Source: Bacteroidales bacterium (lineage in GTDB: Bacteria > Bacteroidota > Bacteroidia > Bacteroidales > VadinHA17). From it: a DNA stretch of 64,000 nt. A program made the translations under genes and the position numbers. Below, in pieces: positions 30,830 through 42,900 of this stretch (position 1 is its first letter; the number at the start of each line of letters is the position of its first letter). The notes beneath the pieces are model-generated. The model did no database searches, was not told the origin of the DNA, and saw only the letters and a list, made by a program, of their open reading frames with translations. The DNA lies in the NCBI GenBank assembly GCA_035541795.1, contig DATKMR010000001.1:584396-648395 (forward strand). The letters are read 5' to 3'.

Positions 30830-33649
30830 ATGGAAGATGAATTGAAGGTATTTGGTGCCAGGGTACATAACCTGAAGAATATCGATGTTACGATACCGAG
30901 GAACAAGCTTGTTGTGATAACCGGCCTCAGCGGCAGCGGAAAGTCATCTCTTGCATTCGATACAATTTATGCCGAGGGCCAGAGACGTTACATGGAAACC
31001 CTTTCAGCTTATGCACGACAGTTCCTGGGTGGGATGGAACGACCCGATGTTGATAAGATAACAGGTCTAAGCCCCGTCATATCGATAGAACAGAAAACAA
31101 CAAATAAAAACCCAAGGTCGACGGTAGGGACCATCACAGAGATTTACGACTTTCTCAGGCTTCTTTATGCAAGGGCGGCCGATGCCTACTCGTATGCCTC
31201 GGGCGAAAAAATGGTTAAATACACCGATGAGCAGATCCTTGACCTGGTAAAAACTCGGTTTGAAGGTAAAAAGGTTTATTTTCTTTCTCCTGTAGTAAAA
31301 GGCAGGAAAGGCCATTACAAGGAGCTTTTTGAGCAATTCAGGAGAAAAGGTTTCCTGAGCGTTAGGATCAACGGTGAGATAAAAGAGCTGGTACCCGGGA
31401 TGAAGCTCGACAGGTACAAGACCCATTTCATCGAACTGGTCATTGATAAATTCAGGGTCGGGGATGTCACCGACAAAAGGCTTCACGATTCGGTACTGTT
31501 GTCACTCGACCAGGGAGAGGGGGTAATGATAGTTCTCGATTCCTCCTCGGATGACCTCAGGTATTTCAGCAGGCACCTGATGTGCCCGGTGACTGGCATT
31601 TCCTACAATGAACCCGCCCCGCATACATTCTCCTTTAATTCACCACAGGGTGCCTGTCCCCATTGCAACGGACTGGGGGAAATATCGAGCATAGACCCCG
31701 ACAAGATCATGCCCGATAAATCGCTGAGCATCAGGAAAGGGGGAATAGAACCCCTTGGAAAATACAAGAATACCTGGATATTCTGGCAGGTAGAGGCTAT
31801 TGCCGAAAAGAACGGATTCACACTCGATACCCCGGTCGGTGAAATCCCCGAAGAGGCCCTTAATAAAATACTCTATGGCTCCGATGAGGTGCTTAAACTG
31901 TCGAATACGCCGTTGGGCATGACCTCGAACTACTTCCTGACATTCGAGGGAGTTGTAAACTTCATTGGCAATATGGAGGTCGTCAACGGGCAGAAGAACG
32001 TGACAAAGATCCGTGACCAGTATGTTCAGTACCAGGTATGCCCCGACTGCAATGGCACGAGGCTCAGGAAAGAGGCACTGTGGTTCAGGATTGGCGAAAA
32101 GAATATCGGAGAGCTGTCGGCCATGGATATCAGGGAACTGAGTTCCTTCCTGTCCGGCGTTGAGGATATGATGAGTGAAAGGCAGAAAAAAATTGCTGCC
32201 GAGATTCTGAAAGAAATCAGGTCAAGGCTCGGGTTCCTGCTTGACGTGGGACTGGAGTATCTTTCACTCAACAGAGGTGCACGGACTCTCTCGGGCGGGG
32301 AAAGCCAGAGGATAAGGCTGGCAACCCAGATCGGATCCAGGCTGGTAAACGTACTTTATATTCTCGATGAGCCAAGCATCGGACTCCACCAGAGGGACAA
32401 CAGGAGGCTGATCAACGCTCTTAAGCTGTTGCGCGATGCCGGCAATTCGGTTATCGTGGTGGAGCATGATAAGGAGATGATCACCTCGTCGGATTATATC
32501 GTTGATGTAGGACCCGGGGCAGGAGTCCACGGGGGGGAGATCGTGGCGGAGGGAAGTCCCGTGGATTTCAGGGGATGCGATACACTTACGGCAAGCTACC
32601 TGAACAACTGCAGACGCCTTGAAGTGCCTAAAAAGAGAAGGAAAGGCAATGGAAAGACATTAACCATCCTTGGTGCATCGGGTCATAACCTGAAAGATGT
32701 GGATGTGATGTTCCCGCTGGGAACTTTTATCTGTGTTACCGGGGTTTCAGGAAGCGGAAAATCTTCTCTGATTAACCAGACACTCCATCCTGCATTGGCT
32801 CGCAAATACCATAATTCAGGTAAAACACCCCTGGCATACAGGGATATGAACGGCCTTGAGAATATAGATAAGGTTATCGAGGTGAGCCAGGCCCCAATAG
32901 GAAAGACACCCAGGTCAAATCCTGCTACATATACTGGAGTTTTTACAGATATAAGGAACCTCTTTGCCCAGACAACCGAGGCGAAAATACGAGGATTCGG
33001 ACCGGGCCGATTTTCATTTAATGTAAAGGGAGGAAGGTGCGAGGGTTGCGAAGGCGCAGGAATGAAGACCATCGAAATGAACTTCCTGCCCGATGTCTAT
33101 GTCCATTGCCCCGAATGCAACGGTAAGCGGTATAACCGTGAAACACTCGAAGTAAAATACAAAGGTCAGTCAATCAGCGATGTGCTGGAGATGACTGTCG
33201 ATATGGCTGTCGATTTTTTCTCAAACGTTCCGTCGATTTACCATAAGATTAAGACACTTCAGGATGTCGGTTTGGGTTATATAAGGATCGGTCAGCAGTC
33301 AACCACCCTTTCAGGAGGCGAATCGCAGCGTGTGAAGCTGGCAACGGAGCTGGCAAGACGCGATACCGGCAAGACATTGTATATCCTCGATGAACCAACA
33401 ACGGGCCTTCATTTCGAGGACGTAAGGGTTCTGATGGAAGTGCTTGGAAAGCTTGTCGACAGGGGAAATACCGTTATTGTTATTGAACACAACATGGATG
33501 TGATCAAGATGGCTGATTATATTATCGATCTTGGAAAAGAAGGCGGACGTGATGGGGGGAAGCTGCTCTTTGCCGGGACACCTGAAAAACTCACCGGGTG
33601 TAAGGATAGCTATACCGGAATTTTTCTGGAGCCCGAACTCAAGGCATAA
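30830..33649 (+). CDS. uvrA: Excinuclease ABC subunit A
   Basis: Two ABC modules ([23 protein letters not shown] twice) and Zn fingers. Confidence 0.97.
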   Translation: MEDELKVFGARVHNLKNIDVTIPRNKLVVITGLSGSGKSSLAFDTIYAEGQRRYMETLSAYARQFLGGMERPDVDKITGLSPVISIEQKTTNKNPRSTVGTITEIYDFLRLLYARAADAYSYASGEKMVKYTDEQILDLVKTRFEGKKVYFLSPVVKGRKGHYKELFEQFRRKGFLSVRINGEIKELVPGMKLDRYKTHFIELVIDKFRVGDVTDKRLHDSVLLSLDQGEGVMIVLDSSSDDLRYFSRHLMCPVTGISYNEPAPHTFSFNSPQGACPHCNGLGEISSIDPDKIMPDKSLSIRKGGIEPLGKYKNTWIFWQVEAIAEKNGFTLDTPVGEIPEEALNKILYGSDEVLKLSNTPLGMTSNYFLTFEGVVNFIGNMEVVNGQKNVTKIRDQYVQYQVCPDCNGTRLRKEALWFRIGEKNIGELSAMDIRELSSFLSGVEDMMSERQKKIAAEILKEIRSRLGFLLDVGLEYLSLNRGARTLSGGESQRIRLATQIGSRLVNVLYILDEPSIGLHQRDNRRLINALKLLRDAGNSVIVVEHDKEMITSSDYIVDVGPGAGVHGGEIVAEGSPVDFRGCDTLTASYLNNCRRLEVPKKRRKGNGKTLTILGASGHNLKDVDVMFPLGTFICVTGVSGSGKSSLINQTLHPALARKYHNSGKTPLAYRDMNGLENIDKVIEVSQAPIGKTPRSNPATYTGVFTDIRNLFAQTTEAKIRGFGPGRFSFNVKGGRCEGCEGAGMKTIEMNFLPDVYVHCPECNGKRYNRETLEVKYKGQSISDVLEMTVDMAVDFFSNVPSIYHKIKTLQDVGLGYIRIGQQSTTLSGGESQRVKLATELARRDTGKTLYILDEPTTGLHFEDVRVLMEVLGKLVDRGNTVIVIEHNMDVIKMADYIIDLGKEGGRDGGKLLFAGTPEKLTGCKDSYTGIFLEPELKA

Positions 33650-33693
33650 GAAATTAATTATATTTGATATTCTTTAACAAAACAGGACTTACA

Positions 33694-34404
33694 ATGGAGA
33701 AACCTGCAGATCTTATTAAAGATGCGTTTGAACAGAAAACATGGCATGAAATTCATACTACCGATTCCTGGAGAGTTTTCAAGATCCTTTCAGAACTTGT
33801 AGAGGGATTTGAAAAGCTTGCCAGGATAGGACCCTGCGTATCAATATTCGGCTCTGCCCGCACTCACTATAACGACAAGTACTATAAGCTTGCCGAGGAG
33901 ATAGCATTCCAGCTGACGCGTAAAGGCTATGGTATCATCACCGGGGGCGGACCCGGGATTATGGAGGCTGCCAACAAGGGTGCAAACAGGGGGAAAGGGA
34001 AATCCGTCGGTATTAACATTGACCTGCCATTCGAACAGAAGCCTAACCCTTATATAGATCCCGATAAGCTTATAACTTTCGATCATTTTTTCGTGAGAAA
34101 GGTTATGTTCATGAAGTACGCCCAGGGATTTATTGTTCTCCCTGGCGGTTTTGGGACATTCGATGAGCTTTTTGAAGCAATAACGCTTATTCAGACCCGG
34201 AAAATCGGAAAATTCCCGATAATTCTTGTTGGTAAAAAATACTGGAAAGGTCTGATGGACTGGATCAAAGAAGTAATGCTGGAGGAAGAACATAATATTT
34301 CTCCCGATGATCTTAATCTTTTCAAGATTGTGGATACAACCGATGAGGCTGTCGAAGTGATAGACAAATTCTACTCAAGGTACCTGCTGAGCCCGAACTT
34401 CTGA
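33694..34404 (+). CDS. LOG family (TIGR00730) nucleotide phosphoribohydrolase
   Basis: FGSAR, TGGGPGIM, FFVRK, PGGFGTFDE. Confidence 0.9.
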   Translation: MEKPADLIKDAFEQKTWHEIHTTDSWRVFKILSELVEGFEKLARIGPCVSIFGSARTHYNDKYYKLAEEIAFQLTRKGYGIITGGGPGIMEAANKGANRGKGKSVGINIDLPFEQKPNPYIDPDKLITFDHFFVRKVMFMKYAQGFIVLPGGFGTFDELFEAITLIQTRKIGKFPIILVGKKYWKGLMDWIKEVMLEEEHNISPDDLNLFKIVDTTDEAVEVIDKFYSRYLLSPNF

Positions 34405-34411
34405 TATTAAT

Positions 34412-35197
34412 GTGAGAAAGCATTTTCTCATCTTCCAGACTTTTATTCTGTTATCCCTGAATGTTTTTCCTCAGGCGGAAGTGACTGTTGATTGCCCTGT
34501 CCTGTGGGGTGCAGGACGATATAGTAAAGTCACGGTCACTGTCACATTCGTTGTCGGTGGATTTGCCCGCCTTACTCACGATTACCCTGAAGGATTTAAT
34601 GCATTGCCTGTGAAGAATTCAAGGTGCGATCTGGACTGGAGCGGTGACCGGCTTAATGCTGTAATGATGAATATAAAGCCTGGCGAAAAGATTGTATTCT
34701 CCTACTTTGTTATGCCGGAAACAGGGATGGAAGGAAGCTTTACAATCCAGGGTAAGCTGGTTACCATCTCCGGCAGCAGTGAACGAAAGGAGATAAGGCT
34801 CGATGATAAGAAAATTGATATTTCAGGAACCGGCGGCATTCTTCCTGGAGAGATGAAGGAGAATGTTCCCGGGCCGGAGCTTAACGGAACCGCTTCTTCA
34901 GGGGTTCATCACGGGAAAGAGAAAAAGGATGTAACTTACAGAATACAGCTTTCGGCATCTTCCAGGATGACCGGGATTCAGAAAATAAGAAAGGACTTCA
35001 GCCTTGGCAGTGAGATCAAAGTTTATGTTGTCCATACCGGAAAAACCTACAAGTACCAGGCGGGGGATTTTTCAGATTTTGAAAGTGCTGCCGAATACCT
35101 GGAAAAGCTGAAGGAGAACGGCACTAAAGATGCATTTATCATTGCATGGTCGGGGGGCAGGCAGACAGATATAAAGCCAGCCCGGGATACCAGGTGA
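34412..35197 (+). CDS. Secreted protein with C-terminal SPOR-like domain
   Basis: Signal peptide; YRIQL...YKYQAGDF...KDAFIIA. Confidence 0.7.
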   Translation: MRKHFLIFQTFILLSLNVFPQAEVTVDCPVLWGAGRYSKVTVTVTFVVGGFARLTHDYPEGFNALPVKNSRCDLDWSGDRLNAVMMNIKPGEKIVFSYFVMPETGMEGSFTIQGKLVTISGSSERKEIRLDDKKIDISGTGGILPGEMKENVPGPELNGTASSGVHHGKEKKDVTYRIQLSASSRMTGIQKIRKDFSLGSEIKVYVVHTGKTYKYQAGDFSDFESAAEYLEKLKENGTKDAFIIAWSGGRQTDIKPARDTR

Positions 35198-35656
35198 TCA
35201 CTTCTTTCGCATCCTGTCCATCTCGCGGGTAGCATCCTTGCGCTTTAGAGTTTCCCTTTTGTCATATTCCTTCTTGCCACGCGAAAGTGCAATCTCTACC
35301 TTCGCCAGTCCCCTTTCCGTAATGAAAAGAGCTATTGGGACAATTGTCAGCCCGGTCTCCTTTACTTTACGTTCAAGTTTCTTCAGCTCGCGTCCGGTAA
35401 GCAGAAGCTTGCGCTCCCTGAGCGGAACATGATTATTCAGGTTACCCCACCAGTATTCCGATATATGCATCCCGATAACGTACAGCTCCCCCTTTATGAA
35501 CTGGCAATATGAATCCCCGATAGTTGCCTTGCCTTCCCTGATAGATTTGATCTCTGTACCTCTGAGTACGATGCCGGCAACAAACTTCTCGATGAATTCA
35601 AATTCATGAGAGGCTTTTTTATTCTTTATTGAAATATTGCCGGTCCCGCCTTTCAT
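35198..35656 (-). CDS. smpB: SsrA-binding protein
   Basis: [31 protein letters not shown]. Confidence 0.97.
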   Translation of the reverse strand: MKGGTGNISIKNKKASHEFEFIEKFVAGIVLRGTEIKSIREGKATIGDSYCQFIKGELYVIGMHISEYWWGNLNNHVPLRERKLLLTGRELKKLERKVKETGLTIVPIALFITERGLAKVEIALSRGKKEYDKRETLKRKDATREMDRMRKK

Positions 35657-35664
35657 TATCTGAT

Positions 35665-36246
35665 TTACGCGAAGAAATGAAAATAGATCCTGTCAATTAC
35701 AGAAGTCAGGGCTATTGCACCACCTATATACAGTTCGGTAATAACAATGAAATTGGCAACCAGCATTGGCACTCTCTTATGCGCGGGAGTGTTGAGCAGC
35801 GACTCACCGGTCAGCCATATGGTCCGTAGCCCGTAAAGCGAAAGAATATTCACAAAGGCAAGCGATTCGAACAGGAGGCTGACCACCTGGCACAGGAAGA
35901 AGGGAATCATGGTGTAAACCAGTATTTTAAAGGACCATGAATAATCGGCCTGCAGGTCAAGAGCTTTTGCGATCTCCCGGAAAACCAGTGCAGAGAGATA
36001 GACAAGAATAAGATCCAGGATAACGAATTTTAAGGATAAAAATATTGAGTACACCGGCTGCAGTGTGACATTGGCAAAAAATACCGAACCCAGGAAGGAA
36101 CATATTGCAACTATCACCAAAAGAGGGAAAAACAGGTTGTTACGAATGTGTCTGATCGAATGAGATTGGCCGGGGATCTCTGCAAGTACCTTCGACGGGG
36201 AAATGACTGAAATCCATATCTGCCTTAAGAAAAACTTGTAATCCAT
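35665..36246 (-). CDS. Yip1/DUF1282-like membrane protein
   Basis: About five hydrophobic helices, LVYTMIP, LYGL. Confidence 0.65.
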   Translation of the reverse strand: MDYKFFLRQIWISVISPSKVLAEIPGQSHSIRHIRNNLFFPLLVIVAICSFLGSVFFANVTLQPVYSIFLSLKFVILDLILVYLSALVFREIAKALDLQADYSWSFKILVYTMIPFFLCQVVSLLFESLAFVNILSLYGLRTIWLTGESLLNTPAHKRVPMLVANFIVITELYIGGAIALTSVIDRIYFHFFA

Positions 36247-36325
36247 TGCAATAGGTCTTTTGGTGCCCGGCAAAATTAATTATTTTTATCATTAACTTGT
36301 TCAGGAAGGCATATCCTTTATACCT

Positions 36326-37267
36326 GTGACGAATAATGAGATTCAATACGACCTGCTGGTAATAACCGGGGCAACAGCTTCAGGAAAGACGGCTATTGCT
36401 GCACAGGTGGCCTCAAGGCTCAATGGTGAAATAATCAGTGCTGATTCGCGGCAGGTTTACCGAAGGATGGACATCGGTACCGGTAAGGACCTGAAAGATT
36501 ATATCGTGGACGGTAAGCCTGTTCCTGTTCACCTGCTGGATATTGCCGAGCCCGGCTATAAATATAATGTGTTTGAATATCAGCGCGATTTTCTAAAGGT
36601 TTATTCGGACCTTAAGCGAAGAGATGTGTTCCCCGTTGTATGCGGTGGTTCGGGAATGTACATCGACAGTATCATCTCAGGCTACCGGCTTCTTGAAGTT
36701 CCACCTGATCACGCGCTCAGGCAGGAGCTTGAAGGCAGGACCCTCGGGGAACTGACCAGGATACTCGGTGAATATAAAACGCTTCACAATGTTACTGATA
36801 TTGACACCCCTAAAAGGGCTATAAGGGCAATCGAGATTGAGAGATATTACAGGTCTTCCGGGGTGTCAGCCAAATCGTTCCCTGAACTTAAAACCCTGGT
36901 GACAGGAATTTTGTACGACAGGGACAGCAGGAGGCGAAGGATCTCCGGCCGGCTAGGGGAGAGGCTTGCAAACGGAATGATTGAAGAGGTAAGAAAGCTG
37001 AAAGAGGAGGGTATCGGGAGTGAGTCCCTTATTTATTACGGGCTTGAATATAAATATATTACTTATTACCTAGACGGACGGATAGGCTACGATGAAATGG
37101 TCCGCACCCTGGAGACAGAAATACATCGGTTTGCAAAACGCCAGATGACCTGGTTCAGGGGAATGGAACGCAAAGGCATCAAGATCCACTGGATAGACGG
37201 AAACCTGCCGGTGGATCAGAAGTCGGACCTGATTTTGAACCTCCTGAAAAAGGTTATTACTTCTTAA
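36326..37267 (+). CDS. miaA: tRNA dimethylallyltransferase
   Basis: GATASGKT, ISADSRQVY, DIGTGK, GGSGMY, FAKRQMTWF. Confidence 0.94.
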   Translation: MTNNEIQYDLLVITGATASGKTAIAAQVASRLNGEIISADSRQVYRRMDIGTGKDLKDYIVDGKPVPVHLLDIAEPGYKYNVFEYQRDFLKVYSDLKRRDVFPVVCGGSGMYIDSIISGYRLLEVPPDHALRQELEGRTLGELTRILGEYKTLHNVTDIDTPKRAIRAIEIERYYRSSGVSAKSFPELKTLVTGILYDRDSRRRRISGRLGERLANGMIEEVRKLKEEGIGSESLIYYGLEYKYITYYLDGRIGYDEMVRTLETEIHRFAKRQMTWFRGMERKGIKIHWIDGNLPVDQKSDLILNLLKKVITS

Positions 37268-39323
37268 GATAATTATCCAGCCATTCAAAAAATTCGTGCT
37301 GCCAGATTACCGCGTTCTGTGGCCTGGTTACCCAATGACATTCATCCTCAAAGAACAGCAGCTTTGATGGTATGCCCCGCATCCTGGCAGCTGTAAATGC
37401 TTCAAGACTTTGAGTGTACGGTATTCTGAAATCATTGGCCCCTGTAATTATAAGTATCGGGGTGTCCCACTTATCAACCCTGAGATGTGGTGAGAATTTC
37501 ATGCTCTGATTATTGGTCCAGTATGGTCCCCCGCAGTCAAATCCCGGGAACCAAAGCTCTTCGGTGGCACCGTATTCGCTAACGAAATCGAATACACCGC
37601 AGTGGGAGATAAATACCCTGAACCTCTTGTTGTGCACCCCTGCCAGGTAGAATACGGAGGTGCCGCCGTAGCTGGCCCCGACCGCTCCCATGCTCTGTTT
37701 GTCAACGTAAGGTTCCTTTGCCATCGCATCGGTGGCATCAAGATAATCCTGGATGTTTTTACCACCCCAGTCGCCTGATATCTCCTCCTTCCACGGCTGT
37801 CCGAACCCGACGACACCCCTCCTGTTGGGAGCATAAACAATATATCCTTTAGCTGCCATCATCTGGAAATTCCACCTGTACGACCAGAACTGGTCCAGAG
37901 CGCTCTGCGGTCCCCCCTCGCAGAATAACAGGGCAGGGTATTTCTTCGATGCATCGAAGTCGGGAGGATAAACAACCCACATCTGCAGATCCTGGTTGTC
38001 TTTTGTCCTGGTATGCTTTTCCTCCACCTTACCCATCTTTATAAAGTCGTAGATGTACTTGTTTATATCCGAGATCTTCTTTACGGCACCGGTTTTGAGA
38101 TCAACAGAAGCCAATTCAGCTGCCATCGACATTGATGTCACCTGTGCTACCATAACGCCTGAGGCCAGGTTCACTGGGCCAAGGTTATGGACACCCTCGG
38201 TGACCTTTACCACAGCACCGCTCCTGACATCCGTTTTGAATATCTGTTTTGTTCCGAAATGATCGCATGAGAAATAAAGTGTGCCATTGTCTGCCCAGGT
38301 AATTCCTTCAACATCAAAGAGCCAGCCTTTTGTCAGCCATTCCCTTTTCCCTTCCTTAATATTATAAATAAAGATACGATCAAGATCGGCTTCATAGCCG
38401 TTTCTCTCCATGCTCTGATATGCGATCATTGAGCCGTCGGGTGAGAATACAGGATACCTGTCATAACCCATGTTGCCTTCCGAAATATTGACTTCCTTGT
38501 CATTTGTGACATCATAGAGATAGATATCGGAGTTAGTGCTTATGGCATCCTCCTTTCCCGAGAGCCTTTTCGTGGTATATGCTATATATTTCCCGTCGGG
38601 GCTCCACGAGATTTCGCCTTCATCAAAATATGGCGACAGCGGTGATTCAAACCGCTGATCCTTCATAATGTCCTTCTCATCCGATACTGCCTGTCCATTG
38701 AAAGATGCTACAAAAAGGTGGGAGTAGGAATAATCGCTCCAGTAATTCCAGTGCCTGAACATCAGGTCGTTGATGATTCTTACCTTGGCCTTTGGAAGGT
38801 TGTACTTTTCATTTGCAGTCTGGTCGAGCTTGACCCTCCTTGTGAAATAGATCTTATCTCCTGCAGGGGAGAAGCTGAATATCTCAAATTCGGAAAGACC
38901 TGTCACTTCCGTCTGGCCCGATCCGTCGGGGTTCATTATCCATATACCGCCTTTTTTTTCGAAAGCCAGCTTTTTACCACCATCTATCCATTGCGGGGAT
39001 GACCCGCCGTCCGTTGTTAGCTGAACGGCGTCACCGCCTGCTGCAGGTATCCTGAAAAGGTTGGTTATCCTGTTTTCGGTGGGGAGATCGTACCTGGTAG
39101 CGGCATAAACAACTGTCGAACCATCGGGTGACAGTGAAAATCCGCCCAGCCGGGTGAATTTCCACATCATTTCCGGTGTCATTACACCACCGGCTTTTTC
39201 CTGATCTGTGAGTGCAACACTGAACTCTGCAGCCTTCGGGGCGAGGGTAACAGGTTTCTCATGCTTGCATGAGATGAAGGCAGGTAACAGCAGCGACAGA
39301 AGCAGTAAGATCCTGGTTTTCAT
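37257..39323 (-). CDS. S9 family peptidase lipoprotein (DPP5-like)
   Basis: Lipobox FISC, propeller repeats, EGGPQ, GASYGG, DFRI, ECHWV. Confidence 0.9.
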   Translation of the reverse strand: MKTRILLLLSLLLPAFISCKHEKPVTLAPKAAEFSVALTDQEKAGGVMTPEMMWKFTRLGGFSLSPDGSTVVYAATRYDLPTENRITNLFRIPAAGGDAVQLTTDGGSSPQWIDGGKKLAFEKKGGIWIMNPDGSGQTEVTGLSEFEIFSFSPAGDKIYFTRRVKLDQTANEKYNLPKAKVRIINDLMFRHWNYWSDYSYSHLFVASFNGQAVSDEKDIMKDQRFESPLSPYFDEGEISWSPDGKYIAYTTKRLSGKEDAISTNSDIYLYDVTNDKEVNISEGNMGYDRYPVFSPDGSMIAYQSMERNGYEADLDRIFIYNIKEGKREWLTKGWLFDVEGITWADNGTLYFSCDHFGTKQIFKTDVRSGAVVKVTEGVHNLGPVNLASGVMVAQVTSMSMAAELASVDLKTGAVKKISDINKYIYDFIKMGKVEEKHTRTKDNQDLQMWVVYPPDFDASKKYPALLFCEGGPQSALDQFWSYRWNFQMMAAKGYIVYAPNRRGVVGFGQPWKEEISGDWGGKNIQDYLDATDAMAKEPYVDKQSMGAVGASYGGTSVFYLAGVHNKRFRVFISHCGVFDFVSEYGATEELWFPGFDCGGPYWTNNQSMKFSPHLRVDKWDTPILIITGANDFRIPYTQSLEAFTAARMRGIPSKLLFFEDECHWVTRPQNAVIWQHEFFEWLDNYLKK

Positions 39324-39347
39324 AGGAATAGTTTGAAAATATTAATA

Positions 39348-40361
39348 TTAGTTGGATTTTTTAAGGACTTCCATAATCTTTACTTTCAGCTCATCGTATA
39401 GTTCTGGATTATCCTTGAGTATCTGCTTAACGGCATCCCTTCCCTGGCCGATCTTGGTATCTCCATAGCTGAACCATGATCCGCTTTTCTTTATGATTTC
39501 AAAATCGGTGCCAAGGTCGACAATTTCACCCAGCTGTGAGATACCCTCCCCGTAAAGAATGTCGAAGTCGGCCTTCCTGAACGGTGGAGCAAGCTTGTTT
39601 TTAACTATTTTAACCCTGGTACGGTTTCCGATTATTTCTTCCCCGTCTTTCAGCTGATTTGTCTTTCGTATATCGAGGCGTACCGAAGCATAGAATTTCA
39701 GGGCATTTCCGCCGGTTGTTGTCTCGGGGTTACCGAACATTACACCGATCTTTTCCCTTAACTGGTTTATGAAAATACAGGCTGTATTTGTCTTGTTTAT
39801 ATTGGCGGTCAGCTTCCTGAGAGCCTGTGACATGAGCCTGGCCTGCAGTCCCATTTTTGAGTCACCCATCTCACCCTCAATCTCGGCCTTTGGTGTAAGG
39901 GCCGCGACTGAATCGATAACAATTATATCAAGAGCGCCCGACCTGATAAGATGGTCAGCTATTTCCAGCGCCTGTTCACCATTATCGGGCTGGGAGATAA
40001 GCAGGTTCTCAACATCTACACCAAGTTTCTCGGCATAGTTCCTGTCGAATGCATGCTCCGCGTCAATTATTGCTGCTATACCGCCGTTTTTCTGGGCTTC
40101 GGCTATCGCGTGAATTGCCAGAGTGGTCTTTCCTGATGCTTCAGGACCATATATTTCAATAACCCTTCCCCTGGGCAGGCCTCCGATTCCCAGCGCTGCA
40201 TCGAGACCAATTGATCCGGTCGAGATAATCTGAACATTGTCGACTGCATGGTCGCCAAGTTTCATAATTGTTCCTCTTCCGAAGTCTTTCTCGATTTTAC
40301 CCAGGGTGACCTCAAGGGCTTTAAGTTTTTCCTTGTTGAGTTCTTTCTTTTCGTTGCTCAT
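39348..40361 (-). CDS. recA: Recombinase A
   Basis: [37 protein letters not shown]. Confidence 0.98.
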   Translation of the reverse strand: MSNEKKELNKEKLKALEVTLGKIEKDFGRGTIMKLGDHAVDNVQIISTGSIGLDAALGIGGLPRGRVIEIYGPEASGKTTLAIHAIAEAQKNGGIAAIIDAEHAFDRNYAEKLGVDVENLLISQPDNGEQALEIADHLIRSGALDIIVIDSVAALTPKAEIEGEMGDSKMGLQARLMSQALRKLTANINKTNTACIFINQLREKIGVMFGNPETTTGGNALKFYASVRLDIRKTNQLKDGEEIIGNRTRVKIVKNKLAPPFRKADFDILYGEGISQLGEIVDLGTDFEIIKKSGSWFSYGDTKIGQGRDAVKQILKDNPELYDELKVKIMEVLKKSN

Positions 40362-40365
40362 GCTC

Positions 40366-40836
40366 TTATTTTTTATTGTCATAAAGTTTAAATATCTGTG
40401 ATGAATGATTTGCGGTATCTACCCTGGATATTATTTTCTCAATAATTCCCTTTTCGTCAATTATAAAAGTGCTTCTTATCACGCCGGTTACTGTCTTTCC
40501 ATACATTTTCTTTTCACCGTAGGCACCATAAAGTCCGAGGATCTGTTTCCCGGGATCGGCAATAAGCGGAAAGGGAAGCCTGAATTTTTCCCTGAAGCCC
40601 TTGTGAGATTTTTCAGTATCCGGACTTACCCCGATAACAACAAAACCGCGCCTGACGAGCTCGTCATGATTATCCCTCAGGTTGCATGCTTCATTAGTGC
40701 ATCCCGGGGTATTGTCCCTTGGGTAAAAATAGAGGACAACCTTCTTTCCTTTTAGCTGAGCAAGATCTATAAGATTACCATCATCGCCCGTACCTTTGAA
40801 GAGTGGTGCAGGCATTCCTTCTTTCAGATGTGTCAT
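40366..40836 (-). CDS. bcp: Thioredoxin-dependent peroxiredoxin Bcp
   Basis: [16 protein letters not shown]. Confidence 0.93.
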   Translation of the reverse strand: MTHLKEGMPAPLFKGTGDDGNLIDLAQLKGKKVVLYFYPRDNTPGCTNEACNLRDNHDELVRRGFVVIGVSPDTEKSHKGFREKFRLPFPLIADPGKQILGLYGAYGEKKMYGKTVTGVIRSTFIIDEKGIIEKIISRVDTANHSSQIFKLYDNKK

Positions 40837-40984
40837 GCAGCCGATATTTTGTTATTAATCGTAAAATTACGAAGTTTGAACTGTTATTCTAATAAATTTT
40901 ACCCAATTGTTATTAACAACAATTAATCCGGTCAGGGGTTCAGGTGAATTTATTTATATATCATAATATCAGGTATTTGCAGGA

Positions 40985-42475
40985 ATGAAAAGATGCCCAG
41001 GAAATATTGGTTCGACTCTTTGCACCACGGCAGCCATGGTGCTGTCATTCCTGCTGGTAACGACTGCTGCTTCGGGTCAGAAAGTGACCCGCCAGTCGGC
41101 TCTGAACAGCTATATGAGTAAGGACTTTGCTTCGGCCTACAGCCAGTTCAGCGAGCTTCTGGCGATGTACCCTGCCGATCCGTTGTACAAGTATTATTGC
41201 GGTTCGTCGCTGGTTGAGCTGCAGAAAGAGCCATCTAAGGCTGCCATGCTGCTGAATGATGCCCTGAACGGATCGGGAGTGATTAGGACAGTACCGGCCG
41301 ATTGTTATTTCTACCTGGGAAGGGCACTGCAGATGGCTGGCAGATACCACGAGGCAGTTGACGCTTTCAGTTTGTTTGCCTCGGCAGCCGGCAAGAAGGT
41401 TTCGAAGGACATGAAAGTCCAGGATTATATAAAACAATGTAATGATGGAAGGGGAGGCATAGAACAAGAGCCGGCCGAAACAAAGCCGGCAGCTGCCAGG
41501 ATCGCTGCCGATTCATTAGCCGTTAAGCAGGTGACAGAGAAAGGAGTTACTGTCCTTCCTGCTGAATTTGATAAGATGCTCGGGGATATTCTTGATTCAA
41601 AATACAGGGAAGACTCAGTAGCGAAGCTGGGAAAGACCGCACCCATGGTTACCATCCCGGTAAAGGATACATCGGATAGCCGGCCGGCAGCTCAGGAAGG
41701 TGTTTTAAGAATGGCATATGACAGTACAAAGAAAGATACCGTAGCGGTAAAGTCCGTTCCACAATCCGGCGAAATTCCCGTCTTTTCAGAATTCTCTATT
41801 GAAACAGCAGCGCCTCCGGGAAAAGATGATAAGGTGGCTATTGACCCCGAAACTCCAGGTGGGCTTATATACAGGATACAGCTTGCAGTATTCAGGAACC
41901 CGGTTGCTCTGTCATTCTTCAGGGGAATAACTCCGGTACAGGGGTTCAGGAATCCCTCGACCGGCGTAACAACATATTATGCAGGCAGGTTCAGGCGAAA
42001 TACAGATGCCAGCCAGTCGCTGACGCAGGTGAGGTCACATGGATTCAAAGATGCCTTTATCGTGTCGCTGATGGATAAAAAACAGGTATCTGCCGACAGG
42101 GCCGCCGTCCTTGAAAAGGAATGGGGTACGAAGCCGTTATACTCAATCAGGAAGCAGGCAGCCGATCAGCCACAGGACACCGTACCGCAAACACTTGTTT
42201 TCAGGGTTGCAGTCAGGCGATCGGTCAAGCCTCTTCCTGAGGACCAGGCTGAAGCGATGCGAAAAATGGCCGGGAACAAAGGCTTTGACCTGGTTAATCC
42301 CGAACCCAGGCTGTTTATATATCTTGTAGGACGGTTCCTGTCATATACTACCGCATCGGAGTATGCCGATCTCCTTGTTCTGAACGGGTACAAGGATGCC
42401 AGGGTGACTGCATGGAGCGGCAGGAAGGAAATACCTGTTGAAACAGCCCGCCGGCTGTACGACCAGCACAAGTAA
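40985..42475 (+). CDS. Secreted TPR plus SPOR-like domain protein
   Basis: TPR-like YFYLGRALQ; SPOR-like YRIQLAVF...GFKDAFIV and GYKDARV. Start uncertain. Confidence 0.7.
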   Translation: MKRCPGNIGSTLCTTAAMVLSFLLVTTAASGQKVTRQSALNSYMSKDFASAYSQFSELLAMYPADPLYKYYCGSSLVELQKEPSKAAMLLNDALNGSGVIRTVPADCYFYLGRALQMAGRYHEAVDAFSLFASAAGKKVSKDMKVQDYIKQCNDGRGGIEQEPAETKPAAARIAADSLAVKQVTEKGVTVLPAEFDKMLGDILDSKYREDSVAKLGKTAPMVTIPVKDTSDSRPAAQEGVLRMAYDSTKKDTVAVKSVPQSGEIPVFSEFSIETAAPPGKDDKVAIDPETPGGLIYRIQLAVFRNPVALSFFRGITPVQGFRNPSTGVTTYYAGRFRRNTDASQSLTQVRSHGFKDAFIVSLMDKKQVSADRAAVLEKEWGTKPLYSIRKQAADQPQDTVPQTLVFRVAVRRSVKPLPEDQAEAMRKMAGNKGFDLVNPEPRLFIYLVGRFLSYTTASEYADLLVLNGYKDARVTAWSGRKEIPVETARRLYDQHK

Positions 42476-42480
42476 GTTTT

Positions 42481-42900
42481 TCAGCGGCTCACTGCTTTCC
42501 TGCGCCTGAGTTTTATGATTGCTGAATCGAGCAGGGCAAGCGCAAGTATTCCTAACGGGATATAAACCAATGCCCTGGGTATGCTGGCTTCCGGAAGGAT
42601 GTTTCTTGATGGGAGAAGCTGGCTGATAACACCGGAGATCTTATCGATATATACGGCCATCTGGCTTTTTTCACTGCTGCCTGTCAGAAGCGCAATGATT
42701 ATGAGTGACACAAAGATCAGCCCGAATGCAGCAGGTACCACGATGCTTCGTATCCTTTCCTTTCTCCTTGCCGACGGCAGGGGCTCCAGCCTTACCGAGG
42801 CCATTACCCTGTCTGTAAAGCCGTCGGATGCTTTTTCAACACGTTGGGGAGTGATTAAATCTCTCAGATGATCCATCTCCATTTCTTCATTTATCCTCAT
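42481..42900 (-). CDS. Putative membrane anti-sigma factor (2 TM)
   Basis: Directly downstream of an ECF sigma; ASDGFTDRVM plus two TM helices. Confidence 0.65.
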   Translation of the reverse strand: MRINEEMEMDHLRDLITPQRVEKASDGFTDRVMASVRLEPLPSARRKERIRSIVVPAAFGLIFVSLIIIALLTGSSEKSQMAVYIDKISGVISQLLPSRNILPEASIPRALVYIPLGILALALLDSAIIKLRRRKAVSR